Below, piece by piece: positions 1 through 16,706 of a stretch of 64,000 nt of DNA. Origin of the DNA: the human T2T-CHM13v2.0 reference genome, Homo sapiens. The stretch is from contig CP068257.2 in the NCBI GenBank assembly GCA_009914755.4, positions 23,296,001 to 23,360,000 of the forward strand. The letters run 5' to 3'. The notes under the pieces were generated by a model. That model did not search any database. It worked only from the letters and a program-made list of their open reading frames with translations, and had not been told where the DNA came from. Numbering within the stretch: position 1 is the first letter of the stretch; every line of letters begins with the position of its first letter. A program made the translations under genes and the position numbers.

Positions 1-1948
1 TTCCCGAATTGTTGTAGTAAAGGAGTGTGTTTATTTTATATATTGGTCCAGTTGTGCTTTTTTGGTCCACATATTAACTGGAAAACCTAAAAAAAATAGA
101 ATTAAAGTGAGTCAGTACAAGTATGCAACAAATTATTAGTGAAGAGTGTAACAAAACTCAAGTCCGCAGCATCAGACTGAATGCAGATTAGGGAGGTGTT
201 TGGCAAGCTTCCATATTACCATTCACACATGGGGTGGAGTCTAGTGTAGGATGTAATGTGCTTGTGGAAGATAAAACCTGTACTTTCTCAAGGCGTACTC
301 TCTTTGGACGTCCCTTCTGCATTTGTTCTTGCATGCAGAACACACAGGTGAGGAAAGACGTGTTGTTGCCTCACAACCTGGGGCATCAAAATGCAGCCTA
401 TGGGAATCCCGAAGTCAAGGAGGAACAGGAATATTCTACTTATTTCTGTCTTCATTGACTGTGCTGGAGAGTCATGATGAAAAAAAAAGACACAGCCTAA
501 CGCAGAACAAAACAAAAATGGACACTGGGCTTTTGCAATGTAAACTGAGCAAATGCGGGCTATGTGAAATGGAAGAATTGAAAGCCCTGCAAAAGCAAAC
601 TAATTTTAGCTATTAGACTTAGTTTCTGCATGTACTACAGATCATCAATGTCTGAAACTGCTGAAAGGTCTCTCTATGAGTACCTTTTTTCCCAGGGCAG
701 AGCAAGACAAAGATTGTGTCCAACAGTACTTACAAGCTAGCTTTGAAAATCATGGGTGTGAGATTTGGTGAATAAAGTGGGTGGGTAAAGACAACTTTCC
801 TTCAATTAGGACTCTGAACAGAGAGTGATTTCCCTCCAAGCACTCTTTGTTTGGGAAAGATTGCAAAGCTGTACTCCTAAATCATTATTGTGGCAGCCTT
901 TACCTCTGCTGCCAGACTTGGCATAGATTCTGCTGGCTTCCAGTGTGTTGCTGCCAAGGCTGTTTCTATTCCTTTTATTATATGTTGGCTCATTGGAAAC
1001 TCTCCTGGAAATTGCCCAAATGCATATATACACCATGCCACAATGCTGCCAAGTTCTCTCCCTGGGTGTCTTTACCTCATTAAAGTATGCGCGACTGTGT
1101 TGCAAGCTGCAGTTCTAAAAACTCATTTTCAATCCACAGGGCTGATTTGTTTAATTAAACGATCAATATCGTCTCCTTAACTTTTTGGTTTCAGTAGTTC
1201 ACTGGAGTTTTATTTCTACTGCTGTAGTCTCTCTACATAGACACACGCTTAGAATTTCCTTGATAATGGTCTCCCAAAAATGTTGCAGTGGTAGACCACA
1301 AAATTAGATGACTTTGGTAAGCAAAGTCTAATTCTACTTACTAGAGTTTATGCATATCTCCACAAATATTTGTGTCTTATGTTTGACTTATTATAACACC
1401 GTGTTTTAAGGGAAGATGGTTTAATGTCTTTCTAATTTTCACAATACTTCCAAGGCCCCTGATTTTTAGAGACTCCATAAAGGGACTTCTACTTCTCAGT
1501 GGCCTGATAATTACATTGAGTTTATATGTTCACTTTGTTGAAGCCACTTATCCCACTGCAAGATTTCTGCAAGACCTCTTATTTGTTCTCTCTCTAAATG
1601 TGACCCACAACAATATCATCTAATCAGTTGGGAGGTGTATCCCAAACTCGTTGAACTATTAATAAGTTCCTTGTCTTTATGGTTGCCTTTACTTTAAAAT
1701 ATAAACTAAAACTGTTTAAAACTTATGTCTACAAAATCATTTCTCTCATAAAATTTTCCTGTGCTTTCTTCATTGTGATAAAAGGGATTTGAGTCGAAGT
1801 TGGAATGCAGGGAGAGCACTTAATTTTCTGTTTAGTTCCAAACTGACACACCTTACCCAAACATTTTATAAACTCATGGCCTTGGTCCTTAAATTCAGAT
1901 TAAAAACTCACTTCCAGTAAAGCATGTTCAAAATTAATCTCTCTATAA

Positions 1949-2294
<346 letters not shown>

Positions 2295-2879
2295 TGTGTT
2301 TGCTTCTTTACCATGGTCTGTTTTTATTATTAGGTTTTACAAGAATATTATATTTTTCTTGATCCAATTTTTGAATTATTTGGAATGTGTGTTTTAGAAT
2401 GTTTATCACATATGTGAAAATAAACTTGTGGGTGTTATATATCCACGAAAAGTTAAAATGAAAACATTTTTAAAAATAAATAAAATTGTGGGTAAAAAGC
2501 AAAGTAAAAAAAACATGAAATCTGATTCAAGTCTTAAAATATATGTATTGAAAAAAACTCAAGTGATCTATAACTCCTTATTTCTGAGTTGAAACTAAGA
2601 AAATGTAAAAATAAAAAAAATAAAATATTTGATTAATCTATTGACTTTGAGTGTCTTTCTACTCCTCCCTCTCTTTCTTGATTTATATACTTGATTTATA
2701 TACTACAATTTCCAAAGTCTTGAAATACCTTGTAAATTTCAAGATGCTATGAGAGAGGGTACTCAGAGATAATGAAGGAAAAGTGTAATTTGAAGAACCT
2801 GAACTAATAGGTGGTTTTTAGTACCTAAGTTAAAGAAATAATAATATTTGCATTAGGACAAACTAAGTACTTAACAAGT

Positions 2880-3050
2880 ATCAACTGCATAATAAATTGA
2901 TAAATTAATTATAATTAATTTAAAATTCAAAATAAACACATTAGTAAATTAATTTAATTAATTGGTTACTTTGTAAATTAATTGGTTAATAAATTAGTAA
3001 ATTAATTTAATTAATTGGTTAATTAATTTGATTTCCAAGGTATAAGTATA
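2880..3050. repeat. AT-rich low-complexity region with internal tandem duplication (taaattaatttaattaattggtta units)
   Basis: The unit 'ttagtaaattaatttaattaattggtta' appears twice with related partial copies. Composition is almost entirely A/T. Confidence 0.7.
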
Positions 3051-4807
3051 CTAGATTGTATTTTAAAATGCACCCAAGATTTGTATTCATCAGGTCTAGT
3101 AAAACATGCAGACACAGAAATGACTGGCACGAAGGAAGAAGTTTATATGCACAGAACTCTAGAAGCAGGAGTCAGTGCACACATGCAGGGCCATAGGCAG
3201 AAACACCAGGTCAGCCAGGAGGCAGAGGGAGCAAGCAGAAAATGTGAGTCAGAGCTTTAATGAGCAAGGCAGGATAAACAACTTAGAACTGGCAAGTGTG
3301 AACAATTTCAGTGTACGCTAGATTGTAGGGGTTTCCTGAGTTGTCTAGTACCTGGCAATGGAGTGATTAGGGCAGGGAAATATTGGCCTGGAGCGTAAGA
3401 GCTTCAAGGCAGTGAGTGAGCTCTGGATTGGTTAATTTGCCTAAGAAAGATTCACTCCTGGTGAGTTGTTTGCTATCTCTAGGATTTAGCTAATTCTGGG
3501 GGAACAGTCTCCTCCGGTGTCAGGAAGCCCACAAATTGTAAAGGTATCAAAATAAAAAGACATGCTCAACAGGTTAGATAATTTGTTGTCTATTATTTTT
3601 GTTTGCTCAATTTCTCTGTTTTGGGGTGAGAGGATCTCCAGTCCGTTTAGTGTAGTTCTGGGAAGGCTTTTCAACAAGCAGCCCTATCATGCCTGCCATT
3701 CATGGTTCCCCAACCAGACGATTCAAGTCTATTCATATCCAACTGCGTTAAACACTGTTCCCTTCATTTGGACTTCTCAAGCATAAGGCAACAAAAAGCT
3801 TTTATTTTTTTTCTTCTTAAGAAATTTTCAGTTGTGTTTATCAACTTGCAACCCAAATAATTGTAATGAAATAGTTTAAATTTTCTATACTAGAAACTAT
3901 AACCAATACCGAGGATAAACACTAACCACCAACCCTGACCTCAATTAATGTCAAGCGTTCATGAACGGCTTCCGCCAGTTCTACATAGGGTAGACAAATT
4001 TAATTCCTCCTTGTGGGATACAGAATGTAATCTGTAATATTATAATTGGGATTTAAAATAAAATAATTTTGATTTCCAAACTTGAACCTGTCGATTAACT
4101 TGTGTTCATCTATTTTCTTTTCAAATTTAAAAAAAGGCCTGTGTAAGTGTATGTAAATGAAGGGTGAAAAAAGTAAGTTAAGGTACTAACGAAAATAGTA
4201 TAAACTAGTGAACAAAAAATAATACTAAGTGGATTCTGGCCTCTTCTAGTGCAATATTTAAAATAATCAATAACTGGAAAAACTAGTGCTGGCTTTGGAG
4301 ATCAATACTGTAGGAAGGGGATAGACAGCAGTATAAGGGAAGCTTAGGAAATTCTTCATCATACTCTCTTTTGTACTTATTCATTCCTAGAATACCAAGA
4401 AATGTTATAATGTATGCCTCATTTTCCCAGCTTTCATTTAAGGACTTGTAACTCCCAGTAGTCTGAAGATAATAAAAGAGCCTTTAGCCTTTAACTAAAA
4501 ATACTTTCCCTATATATTTCCCACCTCATCTACTTCACCCTTATAGACTTCTGTTCAAAAACATTTCCAGAGTTCTAAAAACATTGTTCTTGCATTCCAT
4601 TTTAATTTCCCTAGATGTGACACGTTTTAAGTTATTCATATTTAAATTAGGGGACAATTGCAGATAGTGCAAGTTTCTCACCCTTATTTAGGACTGCTGA
4701 AATGTTAAGGAGCCATGTTTTAATGTTGTAGCTTTTTACTGAAGTGCTCCATCCTACTCTCATCATGTAGCAGCGGGTCACCTTGTCAATCAGGAGGGCT
4801 GTGTTGA

Positions 4808-5101
<294 letters not shown>

Positions 5102-5201
5102 TGAAATGATGAGATTCCTGAGCCTGTTCTAAACATGCAGTGCCCCTACTTCTCCATATATCTGTTCACAGTTATCTGTCATAGAGATCCTTTGATACTA
5201 G

Positions 5202-5727
5202 GGCAGGAGTCCCCAACGTTTTTGGTGCCAGGGACAGGTTTCGTGGAAGACCATTTTTTCACTGACTGGGAGCGGGGAGAGGGGGTGGTTTCAGGATGAT
5301 TCCAGCACATTATATTTATTGTGCACTTTATTTCTATTATTATTACATTGTAATATATAATAAAATAATTGTACAACTCACCATAAGGTAGAGTCCGTGG
5401 GAGCCCTGAGGTGGTTTTCCTGCAACTAGATGGTCCCATCTGGGGCTGATGGGAGACAGTGACAGATCATTAAGCATTAGATTCTCACAAGTAGCACACA
5501 ACCTAGATCCCTCGCATGCACGGTTCACAGCAGATTTGTGCTCCCGTGATAATCTAATGCTGCTGATGATCTGACAGGAGGTGGAGATCAGGCAGTAATG
5601 GGAGTGATGGGAGTGGCTCTAAACACAGATGAAGCTTCACTTGCTCACCTGCTGCTCACCTCCTGCTACGTGGCCCGGTTCCTAACAGACTGGTAGTGGT
5701 CCATGGCCCAGGGGTTGGGGACCCCTG
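5202..5727. mobile_element. Non-autonomous DNA transposon relic with ~30-bp terminal inverted repeats (MER-type; exact family not assigned)
   Basis: The termini 'caggagtccccaacgtttttggtgccagggacaggtttcgtggaagacc' and 'ggtccatggcccaggggttggggacccctg' are inverted complements. The internal sequence (gattctcacaagtagcacacaacctagatccctcgcatgc...) matches a common human palindromic MITE-like repeat recalled from memory. Confidence 0.6.
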
Positions 5728-5797
5728 TTCTAGGACATTAGTTTAGCCCTGCTCTTTCCAAAGATTTAATATATGAATACTTCTAGATCTTTTTGTT

Positions 5798-6082
5798 TTC
5801 TTCTAGAGACAGGGTCTCTATCACCCAGGCTTGAATGCAGTGGTGTGATCACAGCCCACTTCAGCCTCAACCTCCTAGTCTCAAGTGATCCTCCTGCCTC
5901 AGCCTCCCATGTTGCTGAGACTACAAGTAAACACCACCGTACATGGCTAATTTTTTAAATTTTTGTGTAGACGGAGTCTTGCTCTCTTGCCCAGGCTGGT
6001 CTTGAACTAGTGATCTCAAGAGATCCTCCTGCCTTGGCCTCCCAAATTGCAGTATTACAGGCATGAGCCACAACACCCTGCC
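5798..6082 (-). mobile_element. Alu SINE, old and diverged (AluJ-like), antisense
   Basis: agagacagggtctctatcacccaggcttgaatgcagtgg...ggcatgagccacaacaccctgcc. It is recognisable but heavily mutated. Confidence 0.85.
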
Positions 6083-6109
6083 TCTTAAAATGTTTATGAC
6101 ATATTTTAA

Positions 6110-7384
<1,275 letters not shown>

Positions 7385-7750
7385 TTAAAAAATACTACAA
7401 AATTTAAACAATAATCTATTGAACACACACACTCACCTTCAAGTTTAGTAAGTTAAAATTAAAATCACAATTATAGCTTTCTGTGTACTCCTCCCACTCT
7501 GCTCACTTTCCTTCACCACCAAGGGAAAACATTCTTTAACTTCTTAGTCATTATTCAGATGTGTATGTGCACTTTTACCTCTGGCTATGCTCATATGCAA
7601 CTTATAGTGCTGTTTACCTATTTTGAAAATTCCCACACAGAGTATCACAATAATGATGAGGGTTGTTTATGATATGTAATGATGCTAATTTATGTAATAA
7701 TATTGTATACATTTTCATTTTCATTATTCTAAATATTCCATTTAAATTGA

Positions 7751-8071
<321 letters not shown>

Positions 8072-8303
8072 TAACCACCTATTTTTTTTTCATAAATAGA
8101 TATTGGTTTTGTCCTAACTTAAACTTTTACAATTACTAAAAATTACAATATAGCAATAAACCTGCTGTAGAACAATATGCATTCTTGAACATAAACCTAA
8201 TGTAAAATAGCTTTTGCCATAAGAAATAAGCTATTTAGCTTTGTTACATAATGCTCAATCGCTCTCTAATGTTGATGTACAATTTTCAGTACTACTTATA
8301 GTA

Positions 8304-8380
8304 TTAGGTTGGTGCAAAAGTAATGCAGTTTTGCCATTACTTTTAATGACAAAAACCGCAATTACTTTTGCATCACCTAA
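8304..8380. mobile_element. MADE1 (Hsmar1-derived mariner MITE), 77-bp palindromic element
   Basis: ttaggttggtgcaaaagtaatgcagttttgccattacttttaatgacaaaaaccgcaattacttttgcatcacctaa is a near-perfect hairpin with mariner-type TIRs, flanked by TA on both sides. Confidence 0.9.
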
Positions 8381-8470
8381 TAGTATATAAATGTCTCCAC
8401 TGCTCCACATACTTACCAAGGTAGTCAAATCTGGTAAAGAATTTTATTTTTCCATTTTCCTCATTAACAG

Positions 8471-8640
8471 TGAAATGACTCAGGCATAGTGGTGCATACC
8501 TGTAGTCCCAGCTACTCTGGAGACTGAGACTGGATGATCACTTGAGCCCCCAGGTTTGAGGCTGCAGTGAGCTATGATCACACCAGTGTACTCCACCCTG
8601 GGCAACAGAGCAAGACCCTGTCTCAAATAATAATATTAAT
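8471..8640 (+). mobile_element. Partial Alu / free right Alu monomer-like element (sense)
   Basis: caggcatagtggtgcatacctgtagtcccagctactctggagactgag...ctgggcaacagagcaagaccctgtctcaaataataat. This is only the 3' half of an Alu. Confidence 0.8.
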
Positions 8641-10371
8641 AATGATGAAATGAGTGTGAGTTGTTATGTTTATTGGTCATTTAGGCTTCTTTGCTTGTGA
8701 ATGTTTAATTCATATACTTTGCTAATATTTCCATACTGTTTATCTTTTCCTTATTGCTTCATAGTGGCCTTACTATGGCCATTAATTATGGATATCTATA
8801 TTTATTACATATAGTCCCACCTAAACTTGTCTCTGCACTGATTTTATGGGGACTTTGCATTAGTAGGAGCATTTACACAATTCTTTATGAGTTGAAATTT
8901 TTAAAATATCATGTAAGAAATTATTCTCTATTCTAAGACCACAAGAATATTTTCCTCTAAAATTTCTCCAAAGGTTTTAAAGTTTTGTCTTTTGTATGTA
9001 TGGAAATTATTTTTATATATGGTCGGACTTCAGGGATCATTTTGTTTTGTTTTGTTTTAGTACAGGTAGCCTATTGTTCGTTATCATTGATTGAATGGTT
9101 CCTTTTTACCTCATTGTTTTCTAACATCACTTTTCTCATACATGCAATGATCTTTCCCAGACTGTCTATTCTTTGAGTCTATTTGTCTATTCTGGCAATA
9201 ACATTACCGTTCTCTTTGTATATTCGCATAACTTCATGATGAGTTAAGCTACCTGGGTAGCCTCCACCTTTTTTAGCTTCTTAAACATTGACTTAATTAT
9301 TCTGAGGCTTCTTTGCTTTTGAATTACTCTCAGGCCTCCTTACTTCTACATACATTTTAGAATCGGCTTGCTAAGTGCCTTAAAAAATTCTGATGGAATT
9401 ATAATTGAATGTATGAATATACATTAAATTAAATGTATGGATTAATTGAGGGAACATTGACATCATTATGACATTGATTCCTTCAAAAGTTTATGAACGT
9501 GGAATAACTTTTCCAGTAAATGTTTGATTTATGCTGTTACTTTGTATTTTGTTTCTATATTAAATAGTATATTTTTCTTAGAACTAATTTTTTTTATTTA
9601 GTACTAGTTTATAGCCTAGTTTATAGTGATCCTGTATTCAACAATTTTATTAATTCTCGTTCTAATTGGCAAGTAGAAGAATCTCAGAATTTATTTTTGG
9701 TGGGGGATGAGGTAAACAAATCTATAAATTTTAAATACTAGTGTATTTACAAACCATGTAGCAAAGATAGCTTTTGCTTCTTAACAAGCCAGCCATCTGG
9801 GTTGTGCAGTTCTGATTTTGGCAGGGCTCCTCATGTATACAAGTGCCTCCAGCAGCCAGCCAGCAAGCCACGTCCTCTTCAGAGGGATCGGCTGGGAACA
9901 TGGTCCACTGGCCTCTCATATCTTTCATTGTCCCCCATCTAGCTCAGGGTAGCTCTGCATGGTTTCCAGAGAAAAGAGGTGTGTGTTGTCTCTTAATGTC
10001 TAGGCTCAGAACTGGAAAAGCATCGTGTATGCCACATAATTCTGGCCAAATAAGGCAAAAGTTCAGTTCAAATTCAAGAAAGAAAAATTGGCTATACCTC
10101 CCCTTGGAAGTAGATACAAAATCACTTTGGCAAAGGAACAGGGATTACAGGTAAAGGGACCTTTTTACAATCACATAATCACACCTTTGTTTCTTGGTCT
10201 CGCATATCATTTTTGTTGGCTTTCTCGTTAGTTTTTACAAAGTAAGATAATACTTTATTCCTTATTCTTTTGGATCAAGATTTTTGTGATGCTTGTTAGA
10301 AATTATTTGTAGTAGAGGAGCTGATGGATTAATAGACAAGAGCTTTGACTGTGGTATAAATCATCACATGA

Positions 10372-10728
<357 letters not shown>

Positions 10729-11740
10729 TGCATTACTTAAATAGACTTTTATGCACATTTTGTGTGTATATTATAAATTTTCCATGCTCCTATACTTCCT
10801 GTTTTTATTCTTCACGTATACTTCTCTAAAGCTACCTTAGTTATGTGCCGTGTTGCACGTGACTGCTTCACCTTTCATTGATCAATTTTGTGTTGGCTGT
10901 TTACATTTTCTTTTTAGTACAGTAGCTTCATATTTTTTCTGTCTCCTTTTACCCCCAGCTCTTACTATCTCTTTGATAGAAAGAAGGAGTTAAATAATTT
11001 ATTAAATCTCTTTTTTTTAACTACTTTGGTCTACAGATCCTCCTTTATGTCAGTCAATCAATCTGTCAACAGTATATTTTAGATTCCGCTGTCATAGAAG
11101 TTAAAAATATAGAATCAAACAAATGATATGATTTCTGCTCCCTTAAAGTTTACACTCCAATAAGTAAACATAATTGTACTATGTGGAAGAGAGTCACCCA
11201 TCTTCCAAGCTTGAGAGTCTGTTTAGTATTTTCTATGCATATGCAATCTGAGAATGGCCATGAACAGGTTGCTTTATCATAGCACATGGATCTTTTAGGA
11301 GGCATTGGGGCTCCAGTTCTCAAATTTGCTATTCTTTTTTCCTCATACCATTAAACAAATCTGAGCTACATGAGAAAAAGTGATTTATCATTTTAAAAAG
11401 TCATCTGCATTACTTTTACTTTTAGATCAATTTTAATGCTTATATTGAATCCAAATTTGTCCACCACTTTTGTAAAGTTAGATTTCTTCGATGGCGATAA
11501 TTTATATAAGTGAGTGATCAGACCATAAGAGAGAGAAGAATGAAGAGTCTGAACTGAGAAGTTCATCCATATTCTTACCCTTCACTTTGGAAAGAATGAG
11601 TCTGCACAGCTCAGCAGGTAGTGACTCCTCTCATGCGTTGGCATCACATATAAGCATACATGGGAGTAGACATATAAACTGTATGGCCCCCAGCAAGATG
11701 CACCACCACCAAGAGTTCAATTGTCTAAATTGTATTAGCT

Positions 11741-11902
11741 TAGCTTGGTGTGGTGGCATGTTCCTGTAATCCAAGCCACTCAGGAGGCTGAGGCAGGAGG
11801 ATCACTTGAGCCAAGGAGTTTGAGGTCGCAATGAGCTGTGATCGCACCCTTGTACTCCAGCCTGGGCAACAGAGCAAGAGTTTGTCTCTAAAATAAATAA
11901 AT
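11741..11902 (+). mobile_element. Partial Alu (right-monomer-like, sense) with (AAAT)-like tail
   Basis: tagcttggtgtggtggcatgttcctgtaatccaagccactcaggaggctgaggcaggaggatcacttgagccaaggagtttgaggtcgcaatgagctgtgatcgcaccc...tctctaaaataaataaat. Confidence 0.8.
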
Positions 11903-12297
11903 CTGATTAGTCTGGGAGTTCCTTGAGAGCCAGAGTGCTTGATTCTCTTTCAGCTCCAATGTCCCATCCTAGTGCAGTTCCTGGAAGATATTCAGTAATA
12001 GCTGGCAAGAGAATATGAGAACAAATTATATGTGTATTGACGTAATTTTAAAAAACTGCTTTCTCCTTCAAGCTTGTTTTGGTTCATAGATACTTTGAAA
12101 ATGTTATTAATAGCATGATCCCTGGACATCACAGATATAAGGGCTTGCATTCACCAGCCTAATTCCAAATCTATTTTCTGAGTAACATTTTGAAATAGGG
12201 CGAAGCAGGACAACGCTTATTGCAAACCTCTTGGTCCCCTTCAAGGGGACTAACATTGAGGGAAAATGTTGTGGAAAAGTCAGCTGATTTTGAACAA

Positions 12298-12864
12298 TGT
12301 ATTAGTCAGGGTTCTCCAGAGACACAGAACCAATAGGATGTGTGTATATATAAAAGAGAGTTAATTAGGGAGAACTGGCTCACACAATTACAAGGTGAAG
12401 TCCCATGATAGGCCGTCTGCAAGGTGGGGAAAGAGATAAGCTGGTAGTAGCTCAGCCCAAAGCCTCAAAACCAGGGAGGATGACAGTGTAGCCTTTAGTC
12501 TGTGGCCAAAAGGCCCAAGGGCCCCCAGGAAGCTGCTGGTGCAAGTCCCAGAGTCCAAACGCTGTGGAACTTGGAGTGTGGTGTCCAAGGGCAGGAGAAG
12601 TGGAAGCAAGTGTCCAGCAGGGGAAGAAGAAAGAGAGTCAGAGCAGGAGCAAGAAAGAGGGAGTGCGAGAGGAGGTGCCACACACTTTTAAATGACCAGA
12701 TCTCTTGAGAACTCACTCACTCTCAGGTGAACAGCACCAATAGGATGATACTAAACCATTCATGCCCTCATAATCCAGACACCTCCCATCAGGCCCCATC
12801 TTTGACATTGGGGATTACAACTCAACACGAGATTTGGGCAGAGGCAAATATACAAACTAGATCA
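12298..12864 (-). mobile_element. MaLR LTR, MST/THE1-type, antisense (solo LTR)
   Basis: Begins 'tgtattagtcagggttctccagag' (reverse complement of the MaLR LTR 3' end ...gactaataca). Ends '...gggattacaactcaacacgagatttgggcagagg...caaactagatca' (reverse complement of the THE1/MST 5' end tgatatggtttgg...caaatctcat...). An internal GA-rich expansion is present. Confidence 0.7.
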
Positions 12865-13077
12865 AACATTTTTAATGAGCCAGATGTTTGTCACTGACGT
12901 CTTCTCAACGTCATCTCTGAGCACTATATGATGGTTTCTTATACACCCTGGAGAATGAGTCTTCCCTCTCCCCTCAAAATGCAGAGATTGGTCAAATAAC
13001 CATATTAGTATTGAATCTACTTAGTCAAAAGCAGGATGGGCCCTTCTGCAGCAAAGGGAAGGCACATCTGTTTAATA

Positions 13078-13135
13078 TGTAGGATATGGTGAATGTCTGT
13101 TTAATATGTAGGGTATGGTGAATGTCTCATTCTTG
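13078..13135. repeat. 29-bp tandem duplication (2 copies)
   Basis: gtttaatatgtaggatatggtgaatgtct / gtttaatatgtagggtatggtgaatgtct are adjacent, with one mismatch. Confidence 0.9.
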
Positions 13136-16026
13136 AATCCTGAAGTAGGTTTGACTGCAGATGTCCAGAAGTTGATTGAAGCTCTGCTCCAAAGGGGGGA
13201 GAAAAGGTTTTGTATGATTGAGACAGTTTCTGTAATAAGACTACCTGCTACAAAATACTTTTAGCACTGATATTATTAAAATGAATTAAATGGGAAGTCA
13301 TATTAAATAGTTTGATGAGGGTTGAAGTTCCAAATTTCTGAAAATGATGCTTTTACTCACTCATACTCACCTTCTTCAGAGACTTTGCTGCTGTTAGTGA
13401 CCTAGTAAGATATGCTCTCACCTCTGGTAGGTGGAGAAACGCCTGTGTAGGTGGCAGGATTAAAAGATTTATTATCACTTTTTCACCTTCTTCCTGTTAA
13501 TCTAGTTCTTCTTAGGCCCTTCTCCTGATGGTCTCACTTTTGGCTATGTTTCAACATCCAAGAACTGTTGATGTTTTATTGTCACTTTCTTTAGAAATGT
13601 GGAAATGTGTCCTGAAATGAGAACTTTATTACACTTGATATGGAAGTTACAATGTTGCTTACACCTTTAATGTGTAAAGCTCTGAATTCTTGTTCTTGTT
13701 TTGTTTTTTGCTAGATTATCTTTCACAGACTGGATTATAATCTGTGGCTTTTCTAACACAAATAAGGCCTGCTCATATATCAAGATATTTCCTAATTGTT
13801 TCTGTAAATACATCAGCAATCATTTAATTGACACCTAGTAATGGTCATTTCAAATGAATGTTAATTTATTATGTCATCTTTCTCAAAATGTTCAAATCAA
13901 TACTATAATCAATATTTTATTGACCAAATGTGCCATATTAGTGAACAAATCCAGAAGTCTAGATCTGATTATTATAGTTACTTTCTTAGAATACAATTCA
14001 GACTTTGATACAAAAGCTATAGCCCTTGAACAAATCACATTTCTTAGTTTTGTTAAAGACACTGGTTGTTACCATCGATTAAAAATATTATTTTATTAAG
14101 ATTTTCTCTGAAAGCAATGAATAAGATACACTAGCTATCATGAAGTTTACAATCTAGTGTGAAGTATTAGAAAAGGACTAGTGAGATCCAGGCAAGGACA
14201 GAGTAAGAGAGAAGATATAAACATCAGAAAAATAATAAACATGAAATTTTCAAAGCATGGTGAAATTGACATCAATGTCTTTGACGGAGAAAAGTAGACT
14301 TTTAAGTTTTTCTTCATTAGTTCTCTAATATTCCACTCATGTTTAGGGCACCAGTTATTGGATTCTTGCATCTTATGCAGTGAAACTGTCTTTTAAAATT
14401 AATACTGTAGCTCTATAGTTTACTAGCTATTCATTGTGTGTATAAGTAGTGCAGGAGAAATGAATGTAGAATGAAGCTAGGCTAGTTTTTCCTCTTACCC
14501 GTTTAATAAACAAATGTTGGGGAAAATATGGTCAAATATGAAAACTGTAGTGAATGAAAGATATTGAACCCAGGAACATGATATGCAAAAAATATGTAAG
14601 AATAGGGTTTCATAGAAAATATTTTACCCATTTCCATTCTCCTATCTGAAACATAGTAAGTATGTATTAGGAAATTTAGCCTTTCATTAAAAGCTTATGT
14701 TGGAATTTTGTTCAACTTAGCCAAGCATGTCTAATTAGCATTCCCGAAAGTTGATTGGTGCGGTGTAGTAGTTAGAGTTGCCTGCTGCAGAGTCTATCTC
14801 TAACTGTCTCAGACAGCTTCAATCCTGGCTATTCCATACATATGCTGACTAAGTGTTTGGGATTCAACTCTAGAAATTTATCAACTTTTTATTTTGTAGA
14901 TTTCAGGTAGAAATACAGGTCAATAGTTTAAGATGTTAGTTGGCACTTTTATATTTTAAGGCCAATGAATATATAGTTCTTTTAATGTCCTCCAATTTAC
15001 TTCCAATTTATTTTTACTTATACATTCCAGAGCCATATAAAAAATATCCTAACCTTTTACTCTTTTTTTTAAAGTATTATTTGTTTGATATTGCCCAGAT
15101 GGCAAAGAGTTTTAAGCAATTTTTCACATGTTTTTGCCTACATTTTCAAATGATGTGTCAAAATGACAGAAATTTTGATGGCACTTTATTGTACTGTGAT
15201 ATATTACACTTAATGTTTCTATTTTCACTTAAAATTAATGATGCACATTGAAGCCCACACATTCTCTTTTAGCTAATTCATAATTTCATTCAATTTGGGG
15301 TTTTTAATTAATAAGTCTTTTTTACTTAAGCTTATTTCTTCACTTTTTAAATGATTTTATTTACGATTTGAGAAATGATGACTTCGGACCTGATATATTT
15401 ATTTGGGTCAATGTCATTGGTATTTTCTATTAAAAAAGCATATTTTAATAGGCAATGTTTTCATATTTACTATTTGTGACTATAATTTAAATTTCAAATT
15501 CTTATCAAAATATTCTAGTTTGTGATAATCTCATCAATATGTAGCATGATTAATTTGCTACGTATATTCATTTCTGCATTTTATTATGGGTTTTTTGGTT
15601 ACATATTTCTTTAGTCACCTCCAAATATTTAATATTATGCTTACCTAAATTTTTAAATCAGCTTTGTTCAGCCATAATTTTAGAATAAAATGTACCAATT
15701 TTTGGTATAAAATTCAACATATGTATGGTCAGTAATACTAGCAAAATAGCTTCGTCACCCCCAAAATTGTACTACTTAGCTCTTTCCTGTCAATTAGCTT
15801 TCCCTACCTCCCTGAAACTGGCAAACTCTATTCTTTCTAAAATAATAGTTTTGCCTTGTAAAAAATATTTTTACATAAACAAAACCATATAGTTTGCAGC
15901 CATTTGTGTTTCACTTCTTTCACTTCCTATAATGCTTTTGAAATTTAACCATGTTGATATTTATATTTGTTCATCTCTTTTTATCACTGGTAACATTCCA
16001 TTGAATGGTAGCTTAGCCCGTTTGGG

Positions 16027-16352
16027 CTGCTATAAAAAAAATACTCTAAACTGGCTTGCTTATAAACAAGAGAAGTTTATTTCTCACTGTTCTAGGGCTG
16101 GAAATCCAAGATCAAGGTGTCTGCAGATTGGTGTCTACTAAGGGCTCACTTCCTAAACAGCTGCTTTTTCACTATAACCTCACATGGTTGAAGATGTAAG
16201 GATCTCCCTAGACCCTGTTTTACAAGGGCACTAATCCCATTCACAAGAGCTCTGCCTAAACACCTAGTAACCTCCCGATGGATCAGTTTCCTAATACCAT
16301 CACCTTGGGAGTGAGGATTTCAACATATGAATCTTAGGGACACATGAACATT
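16027..16352 (-). mobile_element. MaLR LTR, MLT1-type, antisense
   Basis: gctgctataaaaaaaatactctaaactggcttgcttataaacaagagaagtttatttctcactgttctagggctggaaatccaagatcaaggtg... is the reverse complement of the MLT1 3' end (…ccagaactgtgagaaataaatttct…gttatagcagc). Ends …ggatttcaacatatgaatcttagggacacatgaacatt. Confidence 0.7.
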
Positions 16353-16370
16353 AAGATAATAGCAGGTTAG

Positions 16371-16706
<336 letters not shown>

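Noticed and set aside
3060-3800. LTR-like segment (TG…, AATAAA-like signal at ~3553, moderately GC-richer than its flanks)
   Set aside because: I could not match it confidently to any LTR family from memory and it lacks clear terminal TG…CA and TSDs. It is left unannotated rather than guessed.
9730-10160. 103-aa ORF (9843-10154) in a segment that resembles a MaLR/ERV-internal repeat
   Set aside because: There is no recognisable protein motif. The surrounding sequence looks like degraded repeat or unique DNA. Support is insufficient to call either a gene or a specific repeat family.
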